Below, one piece after another: positions 13,801-28,300 of a stretch of DNA of 64,000 nt. The position numbers and the translations under genes were made by a program. Location of the stretch: positions 4,292,213-4,356,212 of the forward strand of contig CM082589.2 in NCBI GenBank assembly GCA_040954595.2, written 5' to 3'. Under the pieces are notes generated by a model. The model had not been told where the DNA came from, did no database searches, and worked only from the letters and a program-made list of their open reading frames with translations. The stretch is from Balanoglossus misakiensis. Taxonomy: Eukaryota; Animalia; Hemichordata. Positions within the stretch are counted from its first letter, which is position 1, and each line of letters begins with the position of its first letter.

Positions 13801-16800
13801 ACATATATTTCCAGGTTCATTCTATTGAAAAATATTTTATCTTAGACATTTATCTGCTATTATTACTTTCCCAATGTATATTATTCATTGGCGTGTTATG
13901 ACTTGGCACCTGCAATTGATTTGACTTCAGAGAAAATTGGATGCCCAAGGATTCCCCATGGATGACGGTAGCACCATTCCGGGTCTCCGGGAAAAACACT
14001 CAGCCAAGGTAAGCCAGGGATAGATTCCCAACAGTCAGGAAGGAAATTGAAGGGAAATATGGTACACCCAAGGTACAGCTGATCGAGCTGGTGTACTCAA
14101 CTGTCATTGTCGACATTGTCAATCAAATTTCCAGAAAAACATAACAGGTTATATCAGTATTCTAGCTCCCTATAACCGTAATGTTTCATACTCCTCATTT
14201 CTCGACCACAGCTGAGGATGAGACAGCAACGAAACCAAGAATACAACGACTATTTACGACAGAAGGAAGAGGAGCAGAGACGACGGAGGGCATTAAGAGG
14301 TGGGCAGGTTGGCGCCACCAGCGAACCCGATGTCTCACCCAGAGCTGTAAGTATTCTGGCTAGGTAGACCCCACTCCAGTGTAATCAGATCTCTCTTACA
14401 GTGATAAAACACCACTTGTTGTATCTCCACATGACAAAGATATTTATCCTTGCAGAAACAGAATGATTGAGACTTAGAGACTCTCATATGAAATATCCTT
14501 TCAATACTGCAATTTATCCAGTGGTGAAATAACGATGTTAATTACATGCACCACTTAACAATCCCCCAATAGCGACCCACACATATCATAAGTGACTGTG
14601 CATCTGTAATTGCAGACGTCATTCTTATCACCCCAGTCAGGGCAGGTTACAACTCAGCCAAGTTCAAGGCTGCCTAGGTCAGAGCAGGTCGCCCCGCAGC
14701 CAGCCGCAGGGCTCACTAAGTCAGGGCCATTTACCCCTGGGCCAGGTTCAAGGCCGAGCAGACGGACTCCATTTGCTCTGCACATAGAGGATCCAGTGGT
14801 CAGTTGATGTTTGAGAAAATACGGAATGCACACTGACTCTCACATTGTGATTATGAAGTGTTGTTACGACTAACCTATCAAATCAAGAGTGTTGTACCTT
14901 CGTTTCCACTAACAATTTCCCAACTTGTCATGTCATCATGTGTTGCTAACTGAAGGTGATATTATTGGCTTATTGACGTGTTTTAAACACGAGTATCACG
15001 TAACTGTTTTGACTGTAGACTGCTTTGTTTTTGTGTTATCTTACTACAATTCATGGTGTTAATTTGTAATGTTTTAATTTTCTGCCAGTATATACATGTA
15101 TTGCTACCCTAATGCATGAGCTACATAATCCTGATTTTTATCCAACCAATTCCATGCAGATATTATGTGAGTGGATTACTGGGACTAAGTGTGGCATATC
15201 ATATCACATATAGAATGTATTGTGTAAAAGAAAAACCACCCTGATTGTAGCTTAGAATTCTGGAGTATTGCACTGAATTGCATCACAGTATTTTATGCGA
15301 GTTTGAACTACACATCGTACACAATTTTTCTCTTGGTTTGAATTCTGGGTAGAAGCTGAACACAAATGTACCATATAGATGAGTTTGTTCTTGCCTGTTG
15401 TAGTTGTGTGACAGCAAATTTGAAGCACGCTTACCAAACTGTATGCGGATATGTGCGTAGAAACTATTTCCTAAAGAAACATGTGGCAAAGTCAGCCATA
15501 CAGTCATTCAGTCGGCCAAAATAATATTTCAATCAATCAATCAATCAATCGGTTAGTCAGTCAGTCATCCAATCAGTCAATAATCAACTCGATTGACCAA
15601 CCAATCATTTTATGAATAGGTTAGTTCATTGCCTGATTACAATTAGCGCTAATGTAGATTACCGGTACCACTCATTAAATGCCAACGCTTAGTCACAGCA
15701 ATCATACCACATTAATCCCTAACTGTTCTGCTTGTGTGTATAACCGTACATCTATCATCGTCAACGTAACAAATAGTTTTGGAGTTTGGAGTTTAAGTTA
15801 ATATCGGCTTGTGCAGCAGGGTATGGCAAAAGTAATGTAGACAACCGTGTGTCCATGCATGCTGTCCATTTCACTGTCACTTGCATTTCTTCTTTTTCTC
15901 TCTCTCTCTCCTTTCCCGCTGACCCCCCCCCCCCCCCTCCCTCCTCCTGCCTGGCCGATTAATAGATAGGGAAAATGGTTGGCACAGACCCAATCACCCA
16001 CGGGGCACCGACCCGCCAGGATTTCCGAGACGATCACAAAGTCGATTACCGTAAACCGACCAAGGATGAATATTCACAGACAAACGGCTATCGAGAGGAC
16101 CGAGGGCCCCCACCCCTGCCCCCACCCCAGGGCAGGGAGTTGGCGTTTGGGGAGAGACCGCTGCCCCCCAGGCAGGGCTGGAAGACGCCGTTGGATAACT
16201 ACGACGAGGTGCTGAGAAGACGGCGAGAGGAGGAAGCCAGATACAGGTGAGAGATACCCTATCACCCCTACTTCGTTCTACAGAGGTCCAACCTTACCAT
16301 AGAAAACAATGGGTCTGGACTGAACCATGGTGGTGAAAGGGTTAAAACCCAGTGAGTCTCAAGTCAATCCAACCGTATCATGCCAATGTAATTTTCCCTC
16401 CAGACAATACCAAGATGATCCGTACTACGGCAGACAAGGTGGCATGAGGCCAGCCTACAGTGACCCACACCTCAGGAAGAGCTATGAAGAGGTTAGTTTC
16501 TATTACTCAAATTATTCTTATTTACTTGCTACAGCTTGCTGTCTGCGTTCATGTAGAAAGTAGTAAGGCTGACTATGCCTTCTCTGGAATAAAGTTACAC
16601 TAAACGCTCCACTGTGCTCATACATGTATAGGAACACAACATAACATGTTTTTTTTTCAATCAAAAACTACTGATACCTGTGTTCATATTCATGTATTTA
16701 ATGTTTAATGTCAGACCTTATGCCATGTACCCTAAGTAGATCAGGTATGTTCTGGGAAAAGCTTAGTGTAAAACTTGGTATTAACACTTACTGTCATTCT

Positions 16801-19800
16801 TTTGGTCCAAACAAGTGACTTGGTGGGATCCAAACACTTGAGCACAGTTGTAGAGTTAGGTTGGGTGACTTGGCGAGGGATTTAAGTTGTAATAGCTGTC
16901 CTCTGGGTTTCTAAGAACTTTCTTCATGCAGTCTCAAAAAGTGACTGGAATAAAATGAAAAAGACAAGTATAAAGTCATGAGAAACTGATCAGAGCTAAC
17001 AATGATCTTTCCTTAAAGTGGAAAAAAAGGTGCCTGTTCGTAATTTGGTGTATAATTTTGATTTCAGGATGAGAGAATAAGTAATAGAAGACTGGATTAC
17101 CTTGATCAGGAATATGACACTCGGTAAGTAACGATATGTAAGGACAGTCGTGATTGGTTCATGTGATTGGTCATATGCTAATCATGTGTGACAGTCCTTT
17201 GTCTGATATGGAAGGGGAATTGTGATTGGTTGAATAGGTGATCAGCAGCCATCTTCTAAAAGCATAACATGACTAAGTCTTGTAGTTGCTAAAAAAATCC
17301 CAAAGAAATGTACCTACGTCCTGCTGTGCTTTGCTGTTCTTTACTTTGCCTCTAAGAATGAATTATGCAGCAGCAAAAATGGTGTACTTTCCCAATATGT
17401 ACTTTTCAGATTTAAATAAAAAGGAGAAAGGAAAATTTGAGAAATAGAGTTGTGACTTTTTTGAGCTGAGAGATGTTTTATTCATTATTTTAAACATGAA
17501 ATATTTTTGCAGGGTATCACATTTGTGGAAATTATACTTCCTGGTGGTGAATTTTGCATTTATTTTTTGAAATAAAAAAAATATATACCTGGAAAGACTT
17601 AGGAGGCATAACTGAAATGCAGTAAAGCTAAACAGAAAAAAACTTATGCATTTTGTCTTGTACAGGAAAGTACGTTTCAGAGATGAGGCACTTAGAGGCG
17701 GAGCTATCAATAGCAGGTAAACAATGGTCCCCCCTCCCCTTCCCCCTCTCCCTCCCTCAGTGCAGTACCTGCACATCTGCTGTGATCTCAGTATTGTGTA
17801 ACATTGGTTAGCATTTTTGAAATAAGTATAAATGAGCAGTAAAAAAAACTACTTACATATTTCTATTTTTGTATCAAATAAAGTGGCCAGAGCAGTCAAT
17901 TTTACTTTTCTGTTCAACAAACTGAATGAATTAGTTAAAAACAGAGATATAGTTTCCAAACATTTCACGTTCCATTTCATTGCTTAAGCTAAACTATCAC
18001 TTCTTGTTTGGGTGCCGTAAAATTTGTGAACTATATGTTTTACTTTTGCAAACTCTCACTAATCGGGGTGCTTAAAATTTACAATAAATATCTCACGTAT
18101 TAAAAACTTATCCAATCAAACCAGCTTCAATGCATATATATTACCATTCCTCTAACACAAATACCATGTCTATTTTAATACATTGGTTTCCTATCCCATT
18201 TCTTACCAATAGTGCGATTCAACGAACTAATTTAAAGGGACTTTGCTTTCTGTCTAACGAAGTTCGTCTGATCATTATATTAAAGCTAATGAGCTTTCAT
18301 AGGAAAGTGTGATATCCAATTGTTTTATCATTGTTGGACCGGACCAGTTTGGTTCATCATTTCCTTAGTATGGTAGAGTGCATGTGCTTGATACAGTCAA
18401 CCATGTTGTCTCACAGCAAACATATTATCTGGCGAAGAAATGCTGATGACACTGCTTCTAATATTCCTCACAATTGTAATTTTCCCCCACCATTGCTACC
18501 ACAGTAACATACCAGACCGACCTAGTTACAGGGACGCACCCAGAGATGACCGGGAACCATATAACTGGGTGAGTGTACTTCGTACATATACTTTCACAGA
18601 AACACTTTGTACCCAGCGGTCAAGGCCTGCTTTATGATTATATAGACCCTTGGGTTGACCAAAATCGAGTGTAGGTTTCTAATTAGAGAATACATTTATA
18701 AAACACTCATTCCTGTGGTTAAATTAATCTGTAAGTATTTCTTTCTCAGGGTGAGAGCTCTCGGGGAAGAAGAAGAAATAGTTTTGGAGAAGCAGATAGG
18801 TAGGTACTCTACTGTGAGAGGTCATAAAGCAGAATTATATAGGAAATGAAATACCATTAAACAGTCATTGCAGGTAATGTCACCTGCTGTGTTGGTCAAC
18901 AGTCATGCACAGATCAGAAATGAATATGATCTTTTGAAGGGTTCATTCTGAAGTATGAAAAAATATATGACCTAGAGTCGGGGAATCAATGGACAAATTT
19001 CTGTAGCATATGGTATGATTGGTTTGATTTCGAAAAATGTGGAAGTTATCGTGGAACTGTTGATGAGAATATATTGCAGAGTTGTGAGCAGTATCAGGAT
19101 TTGTCATATAATGTTAAACAATGATGCTGGACAAATCTCAACCATGGTTTGTGCTTCTTATTACAGACCACCACGAAGTGACACAAGAGGTGGAGCCAGG
19201 TCAGCTCCTATAGATGACAATGGGACAGGTTTGAATATTGGTAAGTTGATTGGGCTACCCCCTGTAGCAAGGGTAATATTGGTGTGGTTAATTAAGTTGC
19301 GTGTCCAATGTTTGGTTAAGTCTTGCCATAAGCTGTTTTTTGGTGAATGTACGTTCCCAAGCGTTATGCTGACGAGATTCAGTATTGTTTGGAGAAATTT
19401 CATGATATGTGGTTATTGAAAGTATTTGATTTTTCTTCGCCAATCAAATCAAATCTGATGGATTCATCTCTTTCTCTCACTCACAGGTGGTGGAAACACC
19501 GCAAGCGCCAATCAACGGAAAAAGGAACAATACAGAAAAGAGTTAGAGCAACAGATGGCAGAAGCAAGGGAGGCAAAAAGAAGGTATGTAGATAGCACGA
19601 TGTTTGTTATTGTTAATTTATACTCTTTCAGTTGCTGTGTGTTGTGGATCAAATTAATTGATAAACATGGGTGTTTTGTTTTGTTCAGGTGATTCATTAA
19701 TTAAATGATACATGTGTATTGAATTGCAGTGATATTTTTTGTGTCTACATTTAATAATACATCACTCAGTAAGGTGGTGGGTACCATTTTTGAGAAGTCT

Positions 19801-22272
19801 ACGACTAGTCCAACTACCTTGATTACCTTCCTCTTTGACTTCTCAGAAATGGTTTACGTGTGTTAGTTAATTTACTCAGTGCATTTCTGGTTGTCATTAA
19901 AGTGTAAACCTTTAACTGTGTTTTCAGGTGTACCATGGGACACGTTTTGTAACTGTCTGTGTGATGGGAATTTGGTGTTTGTACTAGTACCCTATACTTA
20001 TCTGGAAAATGGGCTGAACTCTTCTTTTATAATCACGTTTGACTAAAATATGGTGTAAGTTTGTTAGAACGTGTATTATCGAAAGTTGGTGAAATACATG
20101 ACTACAAGACCAACTGTGTACATGTTCAGCCCATTTTTCACAGGTTCTTTTTTTCCCTAACTTTTATAATTTTCGTAATATACACACTCTTAATTTTTTT
20201 GTATGCACATTCTGAAGTTTTTATGACACCGGCCCAATTTTCCATTAATGTTTCACCTTTTCTGATGTTTATGTACACGTATCCCGATTTTTGTTTTCGT
20301 TTTAAATATACACATTCCCACTTTTGTCTTTCTTTCCACGCCCTTTCCTGCAGAGAGAAACAACGGTAAGATCTGAAAGAGTGCTTTGTGGCATACATAC
20401 CTAACGGTTTACATTTACCATTGCATGCTGACTGTGTTTCCATTTGGTTGCAGTGTATGCGTCTGTGTGTATTAAACACAGCACTCTCTCATAGCAAAAC
20501 ACAGTCCATAAATAAACAGCTCTGTTGTTCCCTCATGAGCACACCTAGAACTAATTCCACTCATCAGTCATTGGGAGAACCATTTATTTTGCACCTTTGA
20601 TGTTCAGAAACATTAGTTGGTTGATGCTTCCCTTTCACTGTCTCGCTATGGACAAGTCCTACCATTTTCATATTAAAAGTTGGACTTATTCATTCTGAAG
20701 TGAGGGATGAAAGGTATCAAATGGAGGGATGTTTTGGAGAAAAACATGCAGTGTAGATAATTAATTTTTTGAGAATGCATGACATTGCTTGCCTTTATAA
20801 ATAGAGAACAATTTTTCAGTGTGGCTCTTTGTTTAATGCATGAGTATTGACTATTCTGTTTTAGAACATTCTTGCATGTTGATAAATATTTCCATCGCAT
20901 GCAGTCACCTTCGCTACATGTGGTGTAATATCTCAGTGTCATTTGCATGTGTATATACCTGTAGTACTTGCAATGTTTTGTATAGTCTAGTCATGTGTAA
21001 TGCTTGAATTTTTCCAAAAATTTCAGTTGTATCTAACTATATTTTGTCTTTACTATTTCAATCTGTGTTAGCAATTGCTAGATAATGGTATTATCTATAG
21101 ATGGAAATGTTGATAGGAGACGACGACTAACAGAAACTAACCATAATAATAGATTAATACCCGTAGAATCCAAACCATTTGAACAGAGTACTCACAACTT
21201 GTGATGGTGTTCTTGTTCTCTCCAGAGAGAAGCAGTCTGAGCTGGCTGTCAATGCTACGGGGGAAATAGATCCCGAAAAATATGTAAGTGTGCTCAAAAT
21301 TCTTCTGTGACGTAATGTGTTCAGTAAAGACAGGTTTCCAGATTAGACAGGGTTTGGCTTAGACAAGATTTACTGTACATTGCATTCTCATTTCAGCCTG
21401 ATCGTCTGAGGAATCTGCCCCCACAAGAAGGTAAAGCCCTCCCCACCACAATGGCACAAAATCAAGGAGGAGGTCGGTCGCTGAGAGACAGAGTGGAGCC
21501 AGCGCCGAATCTGGGCCTCTCCAAGGCGTATGCCAGGGCACAACCCACCTCCTACGTTGAACAGTAAGTTGATCTCACCTATAACCAGTGTGCCCTGTAA
21601 CAAATGTAATTTTTAAAAGCTTTGAGTCAATTTGAGGATTACTAGAAATTTCTCTTGAGTCAGCTCTATACCTTTGCATTTAGGTGGATAATTTTCTTGA
21701 GTCACCAGTGAGTTTGTTGAGTCAGCGCTGTGTCATATGGGCTTAGAGGACAAACTGCCTATACACTGCAAGACACTTCACATACAGGTCTTCATTCATC
21801 TCTCTCTCTCCCTCTGTTCCAGACCTTTAGATCTTGGAGCTTTTCCCACTAGTCAGCTGAATCCCAATGATCCGTATGTCTATTACGGAATGAGGGATCC
21901 ACTGGACCCGGAGACTGCAAAAAGTGAGTAAAAGAGAGTGATATTTGTTAATGCATGTCTTCACCAATATTTGTGTTTGTATTTTTCAATGCATGGAGTT
22001 CTGTTGTGTGTTCATTAATGCATGGAGTAGTTCTATTCTAGTAAATAGTTGTGTCATATAGCCAAGTGTAAGACTTATACAGATACATGTATGTACTTTG
22101 TAATCTTCTTACCTGTGTGTAGTTCTTTGGTATTTTTCTCAAAGTGTGGTGTAGATTGTACGAAAATCATGTATTTTTGCATTGTCCTTACATCACTTTC
22201 CAAAACCATCAACATACATCATAATTCATATGTATGAGTGTTCAGATTGTATAAACTATATATGTATGTATG

Positions 22273-22306
<34 letters not shown>

Positions 22307-25300
22307 TGTATGTATGTATGTATGTATGTATGTATGTATGTATCATGTATGTATGTATGTATGTATGTATGTATGTATGTATGTATGTATGTATCATGTA
22401 TGTATGTATGTATGTATGTATGTATGTATGTATGTATGTATGTATGTATGTATGTATGTATGTATGTATGTATGTATCATGTATGTATGTATGTATGTAC
22501 ATGTATGTATGTATGTATGTATGTATGTATGTATGTATGTATGTATGTATGTATGTATGTATGTATGTATGTATGTATGTATGTATCATGTATGTATGTA
22601 TGTACATGTATGTATGTATGTATGTATGTATGTATGTATGTATGTATGTATGTATGTATGTATGTATGTATGTATGTATGTATGTATGTATGTATGTATG
22701 TATGTATGTATGTATCATGCATAGTAATAAAATGTGTGTATGCAGTGTATATGTGTGAAGAGACTAATACTGTTCTAGCCATTGCTCAATAACACTCTCC
22801 CATGCAACACTTACAACAGGAGACTTGACAACAGGCCAGCTTTGGTGTGATGAAATGTCAAGATCATTAAACAGAACGACTGGTAATTAAACTAATTTGT
22901 ACACTGTGTGTCGTCAATGTGATGGCATTGTGTAGATTTAGTAAGTTAATCAGGGATAAATTTCTTTGTTCATGTATTTGAATTTGTGTCATACTGAAAA
23001 ATGTTTTAGGCACTTGGAGATTAGTTGCACAGAAAAATTGAAGGTGTCTTTGAGATCCTAGGGAGTATTTTATTTAGAATATTAAAGGCACGTAAGCTGC
23101 AACTGGATAAAAAATTAAAGTTTTAAATAATCTCATATATGCTTTTAATTATGTCTATTAAATGCTATTTCATGATAATATTTCAAGCTCAACACTTATT
23201 TATGACAAAATGGCCAAAAATTAAAGAAAAAACGAAAATTCCTGCAATTTTAAAAAAAGTGCAATATTGCAATGAAAAATGAAAATCTGATGTCTCAGTG
23301 GTGTACATTTACTTCCATGAGCTCATGTGGATGAGATCATGTTTTGTTTATGAGGTTTCACAACCGGAAATGCGACATTTTCATTGTTTCTTGCATTTTC
23401 CCACGGTGGCGGCCATAATCGCTTGCGGCAAAGCTTTATTATTTATCTGGTTAAAACTTGCATATGCACTCATATTTAGGGTTTATAATGCTTGTGTATT
23501 GTTCACTGCCTTCATCTGCATGGACTAATGGTAGTGCAGTTTGAAACAAAAATTATGAAAATTATCCCAAAAGTTACAGCTTACGTGCCTTTAATGAAAT
23601 ACACTAACAGAACATTATGAATAAATTATAAAGTTTTTGATGTTGTTATTGTCGTTGTTGTTATTTGTTCAGTGGACATTCTTAACTCTTTTTTTGTATT
23701 TTGCCAATTTCTCATTCATGCTTGCTAAAAACCAGGGATTCTTTTGAATCAAGATGCTGATACTTTTGGTGGTAAATGATTATAATTCTTTAGGATTTTT
23801 TTGGTGGGGGGGGGGAAACCTTTCTTATAATTGTGTACTTAAAAGTTTGCTACCTTTGTTAAATACATGGTGACATCAAGCAATTAGAAAAGTTGCGCAT
23901 TATGATTAATGTGTGAAAAAAATGTAAAATAGCGCCTAATGCGACACTAAAAACTATGTTGTTCCATCCATGCTGACAGTCACCCTGAAGAGAGACCCAT
24001 TAAATGGTAAATATTGATATTCAGATATCACTCCTGTGTATAACTTCGTTGTCCGTGAACATGATGTCAAAGAGACGAGAAATGGATTTGATTTTAGATG
24101 CAGCCAGTTATTTTCATCTCCCAATTCCATCAGTAGAGGTTAACTGTCAATTGTGGTCCTTATTTTTCTCTCAATCATAACATGCTGCGCCAGATTACAT
24201 GAAGAAACTGGATCAGGATGATGGTAAAGTGGACAAAGTCCGTTTGAATTTTTTGTGCAGTGTCTTCATTTCCTCAACTGTGCTTTGGTAGTTGTGTATG
24301 TGTTATCCTTGTCTACAAGTGAACTTTCTCACCAGTTACTATTAAGTGCTACACTGAGTACCGTAGAGTATATTGCCGGCAGGATCCTTTTTCCTCATCT
24401 TAAGTCATTCTTGTACAAGCTGTGTGACACTCCAGCCTCCCATATTGCTATGTGCTATGTACAATAATTGCCTGCCATTCCCCCTGTCACGCACAGCTTA
24501 GCTACCTCCCCACCCCCCTTGCATATCACCTGTCCGTTTTACCCCCCACATATGCACGCTGCATCACAGACTGGCTAAAACCTGACAAAGCAGATGCCGA
24601 CAACACAAAGACAAAACAGGGGAAAAACAATAGGCGAGATGACACTGGTCTGGGACCGTCTAAGAAGAGATGTAAATATTACATTCTGAGTATTCCTTGT
24701 GTGTGTATAATTACAGACTGATGTTACCCGTGGTCAGTGACAATGGCTGCTCAAATGTAACACAGTGTACTTCATAAACTTATTTTTAAAGTGCAAATGG
24801 CTTTGTCTAAAAGCTGAATCAGATTGCAATGAAATATTTTGCATGAAGGGGAACGAAACCACCCGAGTCAGCAGAAATGAAGCCTCAACTGAAACATGAC
24901 TGAACCGTTCACCTCTCTGATTATTTCAATCCAGAATCTTACTGGATTTCAGTGGCAGAATCAGAGTCATAGTGTGTGGAATCATATCAGCAAAAATAAA
25001 TGTGATTTTTCATTTTTTTTTCTGATACCAGTTACAGGAAATAGAAACTTTGATCTGACCAAAAACAAATCTGCTTTAGAAGCCCCATTTGCAAGTAATT
25101 ACAATACTATTATGTACTGTTTGCTCATAGTTGTTGTTGATGTGTGTTTCTTGCTGTTTTTTTTCACTGAGGCTGTTGTGCTTCTATGTGAGAAAAATTA
25201 CTCATACAACTTGATTTTTTGTTTGTGTTAGAAAAATAGAAACTTGATTTCTGAGGTGTTTGTGACTTTCTGAAACGTTTTTTGGATTTTTTTTCTGAAG

Positions 25301-28300
25301 AACATATAATTTTAGTGGTGTTATGATAAACTCTTAAACTCATTGAACGATTGCTTTGCATTGCTGTAGCTCACAGTGCTTCCATTGGCGGAACTAAAGC
25401 AAGGCAGCAAACCAAGGGAGCTTTGAGTAAATATACAGGCTTTTTTTTTTTTTGGCTTTTTTTTCTGCAAAATTCAGCAGGATGTAGGAAAATTCACAAC
25501 TTGTGTCCGCATCACTGTCTGGAATAAACAAATGCTTGAATTCTTGACAGAACTTATTCAAAAGTGTGTTTAACATGGGCATCATCTTAACACAGGTAAA
25601 CCAGGACAGGCGACCACACCGAGGCGAGGGAAGGGAAGAGTTAAATTCAACTGTAATTATCGTGATTTCTTGATTAGATGTGTGTAGTAGCTTTGTAAGA
25701 AATCTTGGCAGTCAGTTCTCTTTGTTTTATTGTGTTTGGTCATGAGTTCTCTCACAGCTTGTGGAAATGATCAGTGTTCGTGAAAATTTCCTGTTTTTGT
25801 TTTTTTCAATGCAACTTTCCATCAATGCATCTGTGATGCCAGTGCCAGACAAGGAGGGCGAGGAGGACAATTCTAACTCAGCCGATACAAACAACAACAT
25901 CAATACGGCAGAGTATATCAAAAGTACAGTCTTAGCATTACTTAACTAACTAAGAGTGCATTGTTTGGTTTCCTGTATTCCGGAAAATCTTCATGTGGTT
26001 TTTGTGTTCAGTGGTAGCTTATGGTTATATTTCTGTAAAAAAATTACTGTTTTGGTAATTTCCACTAACATATTGAGCCACACATCTATTGGCCAGTAAT
26101 TTTGTTTTTCCCGTTACTGACCCTTGCTAACGTTTGACCCCTGAATTGATGTGGTACCACTGTGCAGTTTATACATGTACTGACTTCTACTAAACTCCTA
26201 ACGATCACAGGCAGATTCAATGATCTGCTTGTTCTGTAGAATTACACTAATCCAAATCCAAAGATGTTTTGCAGTGGTGAATGCTTATTACACGATAACA
26301 AAAAATTGCTAAGAGAAGACACTCTTTCTTTGTTAGATTTACATGCATTGACGGATGCGCAACTAAGGCAATCAACACGCCGTCGTCCGATATCGCAACT
26401 GTCCACTGATGACCCAAGTAATAGCTTTTGTCATTTTGTTTTTGTCTTTTACTTTGTGTCTTCTTACTTTTTGGGATTTTGTTTGGATGTACGCCTTACT
26501 GGAAAATATAACATTGAGTGTAACTGACTTAATATTAACTCAATCCAGGAAAATAATAGCAGTTTGGAATAGTGCCTAAGTTTCACACACATACAGTTAG
26601 TCAGTATTATGTTGACCCAAAATCTCAAATGACAATATCTGTGCTTTTCTAAAATCAAGTTAGTTGACTTAGTCACTCGTTTGAATTTCAACAATACATT
26701 GTATATTATAGAAACTTGACAATATTTTTGACTATTTCTCTATCCCAGGTGGTCCCAAAAACCAAAGCATATACGCTCCATTGTTAGATACAGTGGTTAA
26801 AAATAGAGAACAAGTTGACAGAAGTAACAACCCAAGATTTATTTTAACATCAGAACATAATTTTTCTAACTTTCTCTGACATTTCTTACTAAAAACTTAC
26901 TAATTTGAGCTCCCACAATGCCCTGTCGGCATCAGGATTTTTTTGTTTTGTTTAGTAGCTGTAGCTTTACGTTTGTTGTCCTTTTTGGGTTTTGTTTATT
27001 TTTTACTAAAACTCCATATTACTGACATCGAATCCAAGCTGTGAAATCTCAATATGATCTGTAAAGGGCATTTTAAAGTTTGGAATGTTATTCAAAGTAT
27101 GATTTTAATATTGAGACATCACAGCTTTAACCCTTTCACCCCCAGTTCCCTCTATAGAGGTCCAACGTTACCATGGAAAACAATGGGTTTGGACTGAACC
27201 ATGGTGGTGAAAGGGTTAAAAGGACAAAGTCTCTCTCTTGCTGCCCTTTTCCCATTAAGTATGTTTGATACAAGACACCATTGATGTTAAGTACATGTGA
27301 ATACATGTATATAGTGAATCAACGTTCAACCACAAACAACTTCCATCCTGCATATAGATGTGAGAGTAAAAATCTCGCCAAAATGAATAAATGGTAAACA
27401 CTGATTATTCATTTTTGGCTACTTTAGATTATTCATTTCTTGCCGAAAATAATTTTTCATTTACTCTTAAATTCGGGGGGAGGGGGGGGGGGGTCTTTTC
27501 AAAATTGTCTTAAAATTAAGACTTTCAAAATGGCCGCCAAATTTGAGGTTCAAAATGGCCGCCTATATCTGTGCTTAGTCTATGGCATTCAAAATGGCCG
27601 CCAAATTTAGTGACTTTGAAAATCTCTATGGTAAACATTATGTAGAAATTTTACTCATAGTTCAACCACACACACCTTCCATCCCACTTGTAGACGCGAG
27701 AGCAAAATGAATATTCGGTGTTTACCATTTATTCATTTTGGCGAGATTTTTACTTTCATATCCTACAAACGTGATGGTTGAATGTTGATTCACTATATAT
27801 CCACATGTGCATTAGCATAGACAGTGTAGTGAATCAAACATAATAAATGGGAAAAGAAGAGTGAGAGAGAGACTTTGTCCCTTTAAGAGAATTTCACTGA
27901 AATCTACGGTAGTTTTAGCTGGTAGCTTAGATATGTGTACATTGTTGTACCCAGCGTGGAAAGGTAGATAGTGTAGGTTAGTAGTATTGTGGTTGTGGGC
28001 GTTTCTCCAGATCTTCAAATGTCGTTGCACATTCACGATTACCAAGATGAATCACAAATTGACCGATCAATATTCTGACTGTGTTATCTCTGCCAGGTAC
28101 AACCAGGGCAATGAACATTGATAAAATGCACTCCTATTTGCTCGACTTGATGGGCAAAAATAGGGAAGAGGCTGATCAAAGTAATTTCCATTGCTTGTTT
28201 TGTGTTCGTGTATTTTTCCCATTTCTCGAACTTGTTAGCGTTTGTACATATCATCACTACAGGACTCAACCAGCATATCCAACCTACATGTATCTGTAAA

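Noticed and set aside
22182-22792. Long MYVC/HTYI-repeat ORFs on both strands
   Set aside because: Translation artefacts of the (TATG)n microsatellite
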